A stretch of DNA of 64,000 bases, taken from positions 982,344 through 1,046,343 of the forward strand of contig CAJINV010000013.1 in NCBI GenBank assembly GCA_905178155.1, in the 5' to 3' direction. A model generated the notes under the pieces. It saw nothing but the letters and a program-made list of their open reading frames with translations. It searched no databases and was not told where the DNA came from. The stretch is from Amoebophrya sp. A120. Its lineage: Eukaryota > Protista > Dinoflagellata. Position 1 is the first letter of the stretch. Each line of letters starts with the position of its first letter. The position numbers and the translations under genes were made by a program. Positions 13,650 to 26,300 of this stretch are shown here, one piece after another.

Positions 13650-14932
13650 TTATTCTCGCAAAATATCGCCGTCGTCATCACCGTCACCCTCGTACTGCCG
13701 TAACCTTTCTCGGAGCTGCTTTATCGTCTGGTTTTTCTTTGCCACGATGTTCTTCAGATCTTTGAACTGCGAACTGTCGCCTAGACGCCGGGTTAGGTCC
13801 TGGGGTTTTGATTTTGTAATGTTCAGATCGCACGATCGCATTCGAGAAAATATGGCCTAAAACGAATGCCGCATGGTCTTCACATCCGTACCTACTGGTA
13901 TGCGTTGTGAATCCGATTCCGAAAAAAGTCTCTGCTACCTCTCGTGCTTTCTCTGCCTCTGAGGCTTTGGAGTCCAAAAGCATTTTGGTATTCTTCAGCT
14001 GCCCTTCCAGGTCTTTTACCATGGACGTACCTGAGTTTCGAGTTATTCTATTTTTGCATCCATATCACACACGACCTGAGTCTGGCGTCCAAACGATTGA
14101 AGTTGCTGGGCAAAACCAACTCAAGAAGCCAAGTGAGAAGTTTGGGGAAGTTTTGATCCTGCTACTGAAAGTCAAATATTGTTGGTCCTGGTCACAACTT
14201 CTTCTATACTTTGCAAATCCGCGCCCATCCGGTCTTTTATCGTGGAAAACGAGGTCTTGATCTGCGCTAGCTCCTCTTTCAGGGCGCTGCGCTCGCTCAT
14301 CATTTCTGAGAGCTGCTTTTGTATCGATTGATACCTCTCTTGCAGCATCTGGTTTTCCTTGACCAGCTCGTCCGAGGAGCCACCGGCAGCGGCGGAGCCT
14401 GATGATAATATCTTCATCTATTTGATGGTGGAATTTGTAGTCATTAGAATCATCATGCGAACAACAACAAGCAGATTTCTACACGATAACATTATGCCTG
14501 TCATGCAGGAGAATAAATGCGGTGTTCTCAGATAATACCGAGACTCGCCAACACCGCCGGTTTGTTCCCTGCGGTTCCTTGCCACTCCGCGAGCTCCGCA
14601 ATTTTTGCTAGTCTCGCTTCGTCCTCCACGACGGAGAGGTCTGACCCGAGTTGCACGGACCTGGATTGCGCCTGGGCAAACAGGTCCGCGGTGTGTAGGG
14701 CCATCATGTTCGTGACCGTATCTAGTTCCAATTTCACGACTTCTTTGATCATTTTTGCGAATTCATCGAGCAGGGTCACCACATCCTCCTGGTTGTAAAT
14801 GGTCTCGGCGCAGCGATCGTCTTTCAAATCCGTCACGATGTCGTCGACTTCCCGCAAGTGCCGGTCCCGCTTTTGCCGCAGAAACTGGTACAACCGCTTG
14901 ATTTGAGCCTTGTTACTGTCGTCCAGCTCCAT
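13650..14932 (-). CDS. LZTFL1: Leucine zipper transcription factor-like 1 (BBS17), ciliary trafficking; multi-exon
   Basis: MELDDSNKAQIKRLYQFLRQKRDRHLREVDDIVTDLKDDR...DLFAQAQ...DLSVVED and C-terminal SSQFKDLKNIVAKKNQTIKQLRERL match the LZTFL1 pattern. Confidence 0.85.
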
Positions 14933-16491
14933 GGCGGCCCCGATACTCATACTAGAGACGAGGAGGGTCTTTGTGACGCGGACGACAAGCAACGTGGTGA
15001 CACCAACCAAGGTATGATATTCGTCGAGACCTTTTCAACAAAAACTAAATCTGCCTTTTGTTCTTATGCGGAGGAAAAACAATTATATGTCTTCCTTCGA
15101 TTCGCTCTTTTTAGGAGACCAATTTCGTGGTCCATGATCTTCTCCACTGGGGGAAATAGAAACGACCTTGTCATCGTCTGGATGCCTCGTCCTCGGAGGA
15201 GGTGCTTCTGTGCGCGGTAAATAGAACCTCGCAACGACTCCATTCACATTCTCTCCTGTAGTTGCTTCTTAGTCTATTTCATCGTCCCTCAGGAGTATAT
15301 TATCATCGCTCGGTGCAGAAGTTCTTTGGGATGAGTGGATATTACGACCTACTGGATGAGTAGAAAGAGGATACTTGCACCCAACAGATGTCGTACAAAA
15401 CTCAACGCTGCTTTCATATCGATGTCTGTGACTGACACGAACTCCAACTCGTGGTCGTGTCGCAAAGAGAAGAGAAATCCTTGCAAATTGAGTGCATCCC
15501 CCAAGAAATGACGACCTACCAAGAAAAGAAATTGAAGGTTGTGCTTCTTGGATCATTGATACTACTTGTACTTTGCATGAAGCACTAAGCAGTCCTCGGC
15601 AATGGCAAACCAAAACCAAACATCTAGCTACAACGACTTACGCCAAACCTGCTGGTATAATCCCAGCGTATGAATTAGAGTTTCAATATTTCAAACCACT
15701 CGCAGCACTACCATGCTCACGGTGACGCCCCTGGTACAGTTTTACTTTTTCCAAGTCTGAGTCATTCCCTGTAGATACTTAAATTTGTCGATAAGTTCGA
15801 CCTCACTTTCATTTATGTAAGTAAGTACTACATCAGACCTGAAGATGTGTCGCCGGCCTGTAGAGGACAAACGAAGCGTCTTCTTGAAGATAGTGTCGCA
15901 GCTCTTTGGCCATACTGTTTATTCTTGCTATCGAAGAAATGGGGCGGTGCTCAAGTTACAGTCAGTGGTAATGTAATCCATATCAAGAAATCAGGAGAAG
16001 TAAAATTGCAAAATTTTGCCGTCGTGGTTGTCGTCGTCGTCCAACTGCAGGCTACTACTAGTTGCGTTTTATGTTCGCGAAAAATACCAACAAATCTAAA
16101 TCAAAATCTAAATCAACCAAGAGCACAAAAAGCCGGCTTTCCCGCGTATCGAGCAAGTTGTAGCGCGCAACCTTATCCATGGCCGCGCCGTAGTACCTTA
16201 CTACTTGTACGTGAAAGCGACAAAATATCGTGCCTCTGGCATCACAAAAGATCAAACGATAGAGATTCTTGTTGGGATTATTTGCAAGGTGGGCACAGAA
16301 ACGCATCCCCCTCAGAACCTCTTCGTCTCGCGGCCAAGACGACGACGAGGAGGGATTATACCAAAGCTAGAGGAAAATAAATGCTCGCACATAAAGTAAA
16401 ATCAGCAAGTCGTCTAGACTTGTTTTGCTCCGTACTTACTTGTTAGTTACAGCAGCTCCCGCCACAGAGGTCGTGACGAAGAAGCCTAGTG

Positions 16492-19400
16492 TCAGCCAGA
16501 GTGATGCTGGTGCGCGTGTCCCCCCTGCCCCGTGCCGCTGTTTGCTACCGCGTACCTCGCCTTCTGGATTTGCTCTTCCGTCGCTTGGCCCATGGTTTGC
16601 AACTCCAAATCTACTTGCGGCAACTGCTTGTAGAGACACGGCCCGAATTCCCCGCGCTTCCGGGTCCACCAGAAATCCATGCAGTTGCTGACGCTGCCCC
16701 CCTTGTCCCAGGGGTTCACAAAGTTCTTCTTCACCTGCCCTTTGGGGTCGCTCACCAGCTGCCAGAAGTGCTCGTACCGGTGCATGTTCATCACTTCGTT
16801 CGTCGTGAGGTTCCTGGAGACCAACCGCAGGTGATACGACGTGAGGCAGAGGAGCCAGGGCAACGTGACGACGTGCGAGAAGAGGGAAACCGCGATTATC
16901 GTGTAGTTGGTGATGGTCTAGTTGAGGTTTTGTTTCATCATCAGGATCAACAACATCATCGATACATTGATTGCGAGTCAGTGAAGCCAGCTGTTGCTGT
17001 TCTCTTCTTCATTCTAATTCATGTGGACGTAAGTTATGAGTGAAAATTCGATCAATCCCAAGAACAAGCACAGTGACAGTACTACAAAACGTCTGGTATT
17101 CATCTGCGATCAAGCTGCAACAAAATTATACGAAAACAATGGTGCCCCAGACGCCGTTTTCCGGGTTGTCCTTCATCGCTTCGGACACGATGCAGTACCA
17201 TATCAGCGCGAAATGCGCCAACTGGGTGAAAAACTCCCAGAGACACAGCATCACAAACCGCCTGTTGTTATCCCGGCCAATTGGCACGCCGAGCCAGCCG
17301 CAGTAGTGATCGAACTCGCGCACACACATTTTTGACGTGCTGCAGTACTTCGTGCGCAAGTCCTTTTCTATCCAGGTCTCGGTGCAGAGCCGATGAAGCC
17401 GCTTTTCGTCAAACTTCTCATCGGAATCGATGTCGGCTGCGTGATGTAGTTTTTTGCCATTTTCGTGGTCATTTTGTTTTTGCTATTGCTGGTGCCAAAG
17501 AACAATGTAGGGCAATTTTTGATGGTACCTTATAACGTAGCGCTTCAAAAATAAATATAAAATGGCATAAACAAATCCCCAGCTGCAGGAGCAAAAGCGT
17601 ATGCGTATTAGAATCTTCGAATATGAAGTGACGCAGTTTATACCCATGATTTCCTCCACTGCACTCCTGCCTATGGGTCTTTTCGGCCACGCGCCCGGGT
17701 GGGACTGCGTCATCTGCACAAACGCGATGATTGCCATTGGCACCATGATCCACACAATCACGGTCAGCATCGGTGCGGCCTCGGACCCGACGACGGCTAA
17801 GTACTGCACGTGGACGTAGAGGGCTAATGTCGCGGCACCGAGGTACATGCAGGGAACCAGGTACTTCTGAAAATCCGGTTCGTCCAGCATTTTCTGCATA
17901 TCATTGGCAAAGCTGGATTTTTCTTTCGTGGCCGTCGTTGTTGCGTCCGCCGCTTTTGGCTCCTCGCCTACCCTGGCGCCGATAATCTGCGTCTCGGGGA
18001 GGGATTCCGGGACGAGAGCGGGGTCGGCGTATCCTGAGTAAAAACGTCCCCACGCCAGAGTTGTCATGCAGATTTGCAATGACAGGAACATTTGCAATGC
18101 GCATCGCCAGGAGAGGCATTTTTAGTCGTGTTTTGGAATTTGTAATGCTGTAAACAGGATGAGCAGATGGATTGATGATGCAGCTGGCCTTGCGAACCTG
18201 CACTACACTACGGACTGCAACTTGTGATGCGTGACCCCCAAAAGTTCTAGGTTTGTGTTGCAAAATCCCCATCTTGACTCTGGTGTGGGGATGTTTTTAC
18301 TCAGGATACGGCGAGCTTTTTCACTAAGGCGGTCAGGGACGTATGGAGGTAGGGGTTGTCTGAAGTCGGTTTTTTTGAAAAGTCATCCGATTGCGATTGA
18401 TTTCGATTTGATGTTGAAATTGAAATGCGACTGTGATGTCGCGAAAGTATGTTCACGTGCATGACGCCATTGCAACGTCGTCACGCTTCGGCTTCTCATG
18501 TTGCGCACCAGGAGGCAATAAAAACTTGTTTCCGCTTGACAAACTGCTTGATGGTGCGGCCTTATATCATTCTTGTATATAGCATGTAACTTACTTTTGT
18601 CCTTTGCCGCCAGCTGCATGCAGTCCTCGCCGTCCTTGGTCTTCAGGTAGGGGTTGACTTTCCTCTTTAGCAGAAATTCGCACACCTCGATGCTCCCCGA
18701 CGCCACCGCGCGGTGCAGGGGGGACATTTTTGCGAAGTCTACGTGCTGAAAGTCGGCCTGGAAGTAATCGAGGAATTTCAAATTCATGATGTCTGCCTTG
18801 TAAGCGGCCCAATGGACCGCACCGCAGCCATTGATGTCCATCTCGTCCAAAACTTGCCGGTCACGCTGAAGAAGGAGGAGGAAGGCGAGTTTCCTGTGGT
18901 TTACGTTGTTCTTGTTGTTCGTCAACTTGCGCAATCAGAAGAACTAAACCTTAACCTAATCTTTGTTCACTGCGAAAATTATAGATACGCAACACGGACT
19001 TTTTTCATCTGCCCCTTGTTGTGCACGGCATTTCCTCTCGCTAAATCATGTCTCGCTTTGAAGATATACTGTTTGTGCTGAATCGCCAAAAGGAACGGCG
19101 TTGCGCCGAGGCTGTCTCTTCGTTTTATGTCAGCCCCTCGGGATATCAACATGCGCATGATTTGCACGTGCCCTTGGATTGTCGCCCACATCAATGGTGT
19201 CTGACCGTTGAACCTGATCGACGGGTTGATAAAAATCTTCTAGGTTTACATCTTACTCAATCTCGCCACTTTTACTCGTTGCAAGACAAAATCTGCTTTA
19301 CAATGCAATGCATGAACTGCAGGGGCATAATCACATTTTTCTGTTCGTTCAGTTTATTTGGTTTTGCAAAAACTAGCACTAGTACGTTGCCATCTCCACC

Positions 19401-20314
19401 GGCACACCAACCTCGTCCACCGCCCACTTACAGAAGGCTTCATCACCCCCCAGCGCGCCCCAGTGGAGGAACGTGTGGCCCTGCGGGTCCCGCGCGCCGG
19501 CAATGTCCTCGGCGCGGGGAAAGGCATTTGGCTGCCCCGCGTTGTTGGTAACCATCTGTTTTAACTTGTCGAAGCCGGAGTTGCGCACGTATTGAAACAG
19601 TTGGTTCATTTGCCGCTCCCTCATTTGCTGTTTCTGTGCCTCCATCATCTGTTGCATGCCCCCGGTCTTCATAAAGCTCTCCATCTGCTGCCGCATCGCA
19701 AGCCACTGATTGTGGTCCGGATGATTTGGGTCCGCTTGTGGCCAGGAGTCTAATTGTGCCAGTTGGGGTGGCTTCTCCTGTGTTGCAGCTCCTTCACCGG
19801 GCGGTGGTGCGGTACTAGAGGAAGCGGCTGGGGTTGGTGCTGCCACCTCTGGGGGTTTCTGAAAAACGGTTTGGGGAGGCAGCCCCGGTGGGCCCACGGC
19901 GAGGAGTTTCTGTTTCGATTCCTCATCCAGATTTGCGAGCACTTCCGCAGTTGTCGGCGCTTTCGTCTCGACGCTTTTTTTGTTGATGTCCTCGGCTTGT
20001 TCATCGTTGTTCGCATTCGTGGTGCTGCCACTACTATCCTCGTGGTCCACCGGCAGCTTCACCCCCGCTTGTGCAGCCGCAACGGCGGCTTTATTTTGGC
20101 CGAGAGAAGATGCAGCATGATCGCCAGCGGTCGTGCTGTCGATGCTACTGCGAGCAGTGTCGGATGCGAGCGTTGCCGAGGAGACAGACGCGGTGGTCGC
20201 CGTGTCGTCAATCACTTCGCCGCAAACGTCAATATTCTCAAAATCCTTCAGCGAAATCTGTTTCTGCGGCGAGTTCGTGCTGGTCATGGCCGGACCGTTA
20301 TCGGCACCCGCCAT
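16492..20314 (-). CDS. Ankyrin-repeat DHHC-family palmitoyltransferase (Akr1/ZDHHC13-17 type, DHYC variant), copy 1
   Basis: Ankyrin motifs (HTFLHWGAL, ATPFLLA, GAVHWAA, SPLHRAV), TM segments, RTKYCSTSKMCVREFDHYCGWLGVPIGRDN, NLTTNE, NPWDKG. Confidence 0.9.
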
Positions 20315-20930
20315 CGAGGAAAGGCTCGATGGCGAGGAGTGAAGCGCGGTAGAGATTGGACTCTAGATGTTCCACGACCGGTGCGATGGTGCTATCTTTT
20401 GCTTGTACTGATGGTTGTAGTACTGAAAACGATTGCAAACACTTTCTGTTCTGAAGGATGAAAGTTTTCATATGGTCGAAAAAAAGCGCTTACAGAATCA
20501 ACGCCCGAGAGAACCCGGCTCCGCCTGGAAAGAAGTGACGCGGTGCCGATAAAAGGTTTGAAAGCTGGTAGAAGGCACTGGTGCGCCACACGCATTTTGT
20601 AAAAAGTGATTTCGATTTGCTGTAAAGGAATGCAATCCAAAAGTTGTGGAAAAATTATTCATATTCTGGAATGAAAATCACGAAAAATAAATCGCAACGA
20701 CCACGACACCGAGCGACCTGCATGATGAATAAAAAACTCATATAGCGTGGACGTCTTTTATTTTTTTTACGGAACAACGGAGAGAAAGTCGCCGCACGCC
20801 TTTCGTCTTGGTCTTTCAGCGAAAATACTGAAACAAATATGCGAATGCTGGGTTTGTCTTTGTCAGCTTAATCTTCGACGTGGTCATGCTGTCAAAATCA
20901 AGCGGATGAAATATGCGCCATGAAATACTT

Positions 20931-22878
20931 ATATAATTTCACCTTCTCTGCGCAATTCACCCATAGAGTGAACGCGCGCGCAACCAACGGAAGCGAATGA
21001 CGTGCAGAAGCGCGTCGCAGTGATAGTCGCAAGACCTCGAGCGACAGTCACAATGGCAGCCAAGAGAGAACCCGGCCGGCACAACGAGCTACGGGTAGCA
21101 GGCCATGCAAGCCAGGCTCTCGACCCCCACAGAGCCATGCCCCGGACATAGAGGTGGCCCAAGCCGCGAGACGCGACTGGGACCGCCGAATATCTAGGGC
21201 GGGCTTGCGAGGGGTGCCGCAAGGGGTCTCGCGACCTCAAGTCGGGTGGGAGGGTGGGAAAAAACGCAAAATCTAGGCGAGCCAAGACAATGCGGTATTT
21301 CTGGAAAAAGGACAGAGACCCAGCCGAAGCTGGTCGACACCGGGCAGCCAGCCCGGTGTCGGAGTGTGCAACCCTCTTGCTTGATCATGTGAACTGATAT
21401 AATCGCTACGCGACGCATATAATTTCACCTTCTCTGCGCAATTCACCCATAGAGTGAACGCGCGCGCAACCAACGGAAGCGAATGACGTGCAGAAGCGCG
21501 TCGCAGTGATAGTCGCAAGACCTCGAGCGACAGTCACAATGGCAGCCAAGAGAGAACCCGGCCGGCACAACGAGCTACGGGTAGCAGGCCATGCAAGCCA
21601 GGCTCTCGACCCCCACAGAGCCATGCCCCGGACATAGAGGTGGCCCAAGCCGCGAGGCGCGACTGGGACCGCCGAATATCTAGGGCGGGCTTGCGAGGGG
21701 TGCCGCAAGGGGTCTCGCGACCTCAAGTCGGGTGGGAGGGTGGGAAAAAACGCAAAATCTAGGCGAGCCAAGACAATGCGGTATTTCTGGAAAAAGGACA
21801 GAGACCCAGCCGAAGCTGGTCGACACCGGGCAGCCAGCCCGGTGTCGGAGTGTGCAACCCTCTTGCTTGATCATGTGAACTGATATAATCGCTACGCGAC
21901 GCATATAATTTCACCTTCTCTGCGCAATTCACCCATAGAGTGAACGCGCGCGCAACCAACGGAAGCGAATGACGTGCAGAAGCGCGTCGCAGTGATAGTC
22001 GCAAGACCTCGAGCGACAGTCACAATGGCAGCCAAGAGAGAACCCGGCCGGCACAACGAGCTACGGGTAGCAGGCCATGCAAGCCAGGCTCTCGACCCCC
22101 ACAGAGCCATGCCCCGGACATAGAGGTGGCCCAAGCCGCGAGGCGCGACTGGGACCGCCGAATATCTAGGGCGGGCTTGCGAGGGGTGCCGCAAGGGGTC
22201 TCGCGACCTCAAGTCGGGTGGGAGGGTGGGAAAAAACGCAAAATCTAGGCGAGCCAAGACAATGCGGTATTTCTGGAAAAAGGACAGAGACCCAGCCGAA
22301 GCTGGTCGACACCGGGCAGCCAGCCCGGTGTCGGAGTGTGCAACCCTCTTGCTTGATCATGTGAACTGATATAATCGCTACGCGACGCATATAATTTCAC
22401 CTTCTCTGCGCAATTCACCCATAGAGTGAACGCGCGCGCAACCAACGGAAGCGAATGACGTGCAGAAGCGCGTCGCAGTGATAGTCGCAAGACCTCGAGC
22501 GACAGTCACAATGGCAGCCAAGAGAGAACCCGGCCGGCACAACGAGCTACGGGTAGCAGGCCATGCAAGCCAGGCTCTCGACCCCCACAGAGCCATGCCC
22601 CGGACATAGAGGTGGCCCAAGCCGCGAGGCGCGACTGGGACCGCCGAATATCTAGGGCGGGCTTGCGAGGGGTGCCGCAAGGGGTCTCGCGACCTCAAGT
22701 CGGGTGGGAGGGTGGGAAAAAACGCAAAATCTAGGCGAGCCAAGACAATGCGGTATTTCTGGAAAAAGGACAGAGACCCAGCCGAAGCTGGTCGACACCG
22801 GGCAGCCAGCCCGGTGTCGGAGTGTGCAACCCTCTTGCTTGATCATGTGAACTGATATAATCGCTACGCGACGCATAT
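20931..22878. repeat. Exact 4 x 486-bp head-to-tail tandem array, ATAT at every junction and both ends
   Basis: Units start at 20931, 21417, 21903 and 22389; terminal ATAT at 22875-22878; only one substitution noticed between copies; many hairpins per unit. Confidence 0.95.
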
Positions 22879-23382
22879 CTCGCGGAAGTAAAAGGGTTAG
22901 GGATGGAACGTCTCAAGAATACCATAGGGTTGAGATTCTGGGTTGTAAATGGTGGCGATAAAACTGCAATCTGCGTTACGTTTGTTTGTATTGGGGTAGA
23001 GATCTAGACATGTGACTAGAATACAGGACGCGCTTGATCATGAGCGCTAGAATTGATTTAGACTAACCAAACCAATATGAAAAATTGAGAGCCGCAAATG
23101 TGTCTGCAACTCAATTAGGATACAAGTACATCTTCATTTTACAGGCTCGGTCTAGGAAGAGAAAAGAAAATACACCTAGTTGCAAAATGATTCTCGGAAA
23201 AAATGGAAGCAAAATTTGCTCTTTCTCGGGGGCAGCGGCGCAGTAGTACGATAAGCAAAAGCATGAGGACGCGAACGATACATACAGCAGGAGCAGATGT
23301 ACTATATTCCTTCGCGACTTTTAACATCGCCCCTTGTTAAATGTTAACTTCTTGTCTAACCTCGTGGCATTACAAGAGATCT

Positions 23383-26300
23383 TTAGTCTACTTCGATATC
23401 GCCGCCTCCGTTGCTTTGTCCGCCCTGATTTGACGTCGCGAAAATCCCTCGCGCGCGCGTCCCAGAACTACTAGGAGTCGCCCCCGCTGCACTTCCGAGG
23501 ACGGACGCGAGCAAGCCGCCACCGGTGACCGCCTGCGTTAGTTCCAGCATTCCCTGCTGTTGCAAAATTCGGCGGTACAGCCGGTTGGACGGCTCGTCCT
23601 GTTGCGCGACCGGGTCGTGCCGCGTGAACCAAAAATCCCGGCAGTTGTTCATCACGGACCCCTTGTCATTGTAGGCGTTCGAAAACACCCGGCGCGGCTG
23701 CATCCGCGGGCGCTGGGGCGGTGGGTGTGAGGGATGATGATGATGTCCTTGTCCATTCATTCTGTTCTCCAACTCCTCGTCCACACATATGTCCTCTTCC
23801 TCCTCATGATCATGCGCGTGATCATTACCGTGATCGTGGTGGGCGCAACACTTTTTCTGCCCCATCGTCCCTGCCCTTGCGGTGGTTTTCACCATGATGG
23901 TTTTCCAGAGGTGCGGGTACTTGTGCGCGCTCAGTTGCTCGTTGGTCGTCATGTTGTCCATGACCACCTTAAGCTGAAACAGTGTCAGGCCGATCAGCCA
24001 GGCAAACAGGACCACGTCGAGCAGAAAGACGATACAGTGCCCGAGAAAGTTGTGGTCGTCTGTCGCGTGGTACAGTAGGAAGTGGATCACTTTTCCGGTT
24101 AAGCTCGTCGGCGCCTGCTGCGTGTTCGTGATCACGATCTGTGAAGTAGGCGGTGCTGGTGCATGATTGCCAGCACCTGGTACAACTGTAGCTCCAAGTC
24201 CAACTACATCTGCTGCTGCACCACCAGCACTCGTAGCACCGCTGTCTATTATTATCGGTTGCAACGCCTTGGAGGGGTCTTCCACGGTGTAAAACCAACC
24301 GACTGTCCAGTAGACCGCAAATCTCGTGAACCAACTGGGCTGTCCCCACACCCGTCGTGGCATCACGATTTCCACCGGCGTGGTGGACCCCGTTTCTGAT
24401 GTCGTGGGCACGATAGGAGTAGTTGTGACCACTTCATCTGCCGCTGGAGTGAAGATGGGCAAGGACACGTCTTGGCCGGCTGATCCGCTTGGAGCTCCTG
24501 GAGCTGCGGTTGATAAAGCCAATGCGGCGTCGAAGGTCAGGCTTCGGGTATTACTAGACGAGGAAATAGAATTTTTATCCCACTCGTCTTTCAAAAACGT
24601 CTCGAAGTCGATCCCGAATCGCTCGGGATAGAACCAGCACGAGTAGAAAAACTCGATGAACCTTATGAACATCATGCCCAAGGAGACCATCAGTGTGGTG
24701 ACGAACGCCATGAAACTGCGGTGGTTTCCCCGCCCGACCGCGTTGCCGATCCACGGGCAGTAGTGGTCGAAGTCGTGCACGCACACCCCGGAGACTCGGC
24801 AGTGCTTCGTGCGGAAGTCCCGGATGCAGAAACAGGTCTCGCACAAACGGAAATGGGTTAACAGATTGATCTTCTCCAAATGGTGCGTCTCCGCCAGGTA
24901 GTTGCAGATCATGGTGCGCTGGTCCTTCTCGTTTTTGAACGCCTTCACCGCGCCGGGGTTACTGAGCCAGGCTTTGCAGTTATCCAAGAAAAAAAGATTG
25001 TAGGTGTAACTTTTTTGGAGGAACAGCATTACAAATTTGTCTGGCATGACAGCAAAAACCTGTCATGCGCAGATAGTACGTGAAAACGCCCTTTAATGGA
25101 CCCTACGACGCATGCCAAGCATGACAGACACCATCATCTTGCATGTTGCGCATCACAAATTTACGTTTTTTTCTTGGATAGAAGTACGAAATTAGGAAAA
25201 TCCAGTCGAGGAGAACCATGAGCGAGTGGAATATCGGATTCTCAAATGTTACATTCTCAACTGTTACATGAATTTGTCATGCAAAAGCACCATTATCATC
25301 CTCACGATCAAGCTGCTCCGCATGACAAACTTGCGGAGGGCTAAATAGCACTATAATCCGTCCCAAATCTGTAATGCAAAAGGCGCAATCTTCCTCCTTT
25401 CACTTTTGCCCTTCTTGCATTGCAAATTCGTGTAACAGTTGAGGATGTAACAGTTGAGAACGCCATATGGAAGAAGGTCGGGTTGGTCACGTCTCCAAAA
25501 ACCACCCACCAAAAGAAGCTCGAGACTTTCGCCACGCTGAAATTCGAGAGAAACCGGGCCAACGCGAAGAGCGGGAGAGTCACGATTGTTGCTGGGTTCA
25601 GGAGGAAACTTGTTGTTTCCGCGTCGATCGAAGCGATAATATCGGGTCGACTGTCAGCGGTGAGAATCGACGTCGTGTGAAGGGAAATAGGAGGCGACGT
25701 CGTAGCGGCTGATGCTGCACTTGCAGCATCAAGTTCTGCTACGCCTGCTGATGCGCCAACACTTCTTCCCGGGCACAAGTTCTCTTCTGGCAGTCCCCAG
25801 ACGTTGCAAAATTGGTAGCGGGACCAGTAGATCTTCACGAAAGAGAGAGAAAGAACAATGGCCGGAATGAACAGCTCCGTGAATTTCAGTCGTGGTTTGC
25901 GCAGTGGCATTTTCTGCGACAGCATGGCTTCCAAGATTGCGTCGGGATTAGGTGGATAGAGTTTCAAGTAAACTTGCCCGCACTTCGCTAAAACTTTCCT
26001 CCCGGTTTCGGTCTTCCGCAGTACGCCAGCGGCGCGCAAAGCAATTGGGGCGAGAAAAGCGAACCTACCAGCCACCGCAGAGGATACTAGGCTACTAGCA
26101 GCTGCGGAAGAAGCAAAAACTGAATCCGTCAAATTTACCCCCTGTTCTATCGCGTTTCTCGCCGCGCGCGTTTCTTTGCTCGGTTTTGGAGAGGGGCTGC
26201 CAAACGGATCGTCTTCCTGCTTTTCCTTCATCCGTCTGCGGCACCTGCCGTCCTTGCTGTCCTTTTCTGAAATTCTTTCCGAATTATTCGCGTTGTTCTG

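Noticed and set aside
20931-22878. 486-bp unit as SL RNA, U1/U2/U4/U5/U6, 5S or hammerhead array
   Set aside because: Only fragmentary matches (minus ACCG...TCTTGGCTC, CCGTAGC, GATCA...TTGCAC with wrong spacing); no full DCCGTAGCCATTTTGGCTCAAG-GT, no U5 loop, no CTGANGA core.
22929-22941. 13-bp match to the MULE TIR (GTTGAGATTCTGG) just after the 486-bp array
   Set aside because: Lacks the TIR terminus, a partner and a TSD; may be chance.
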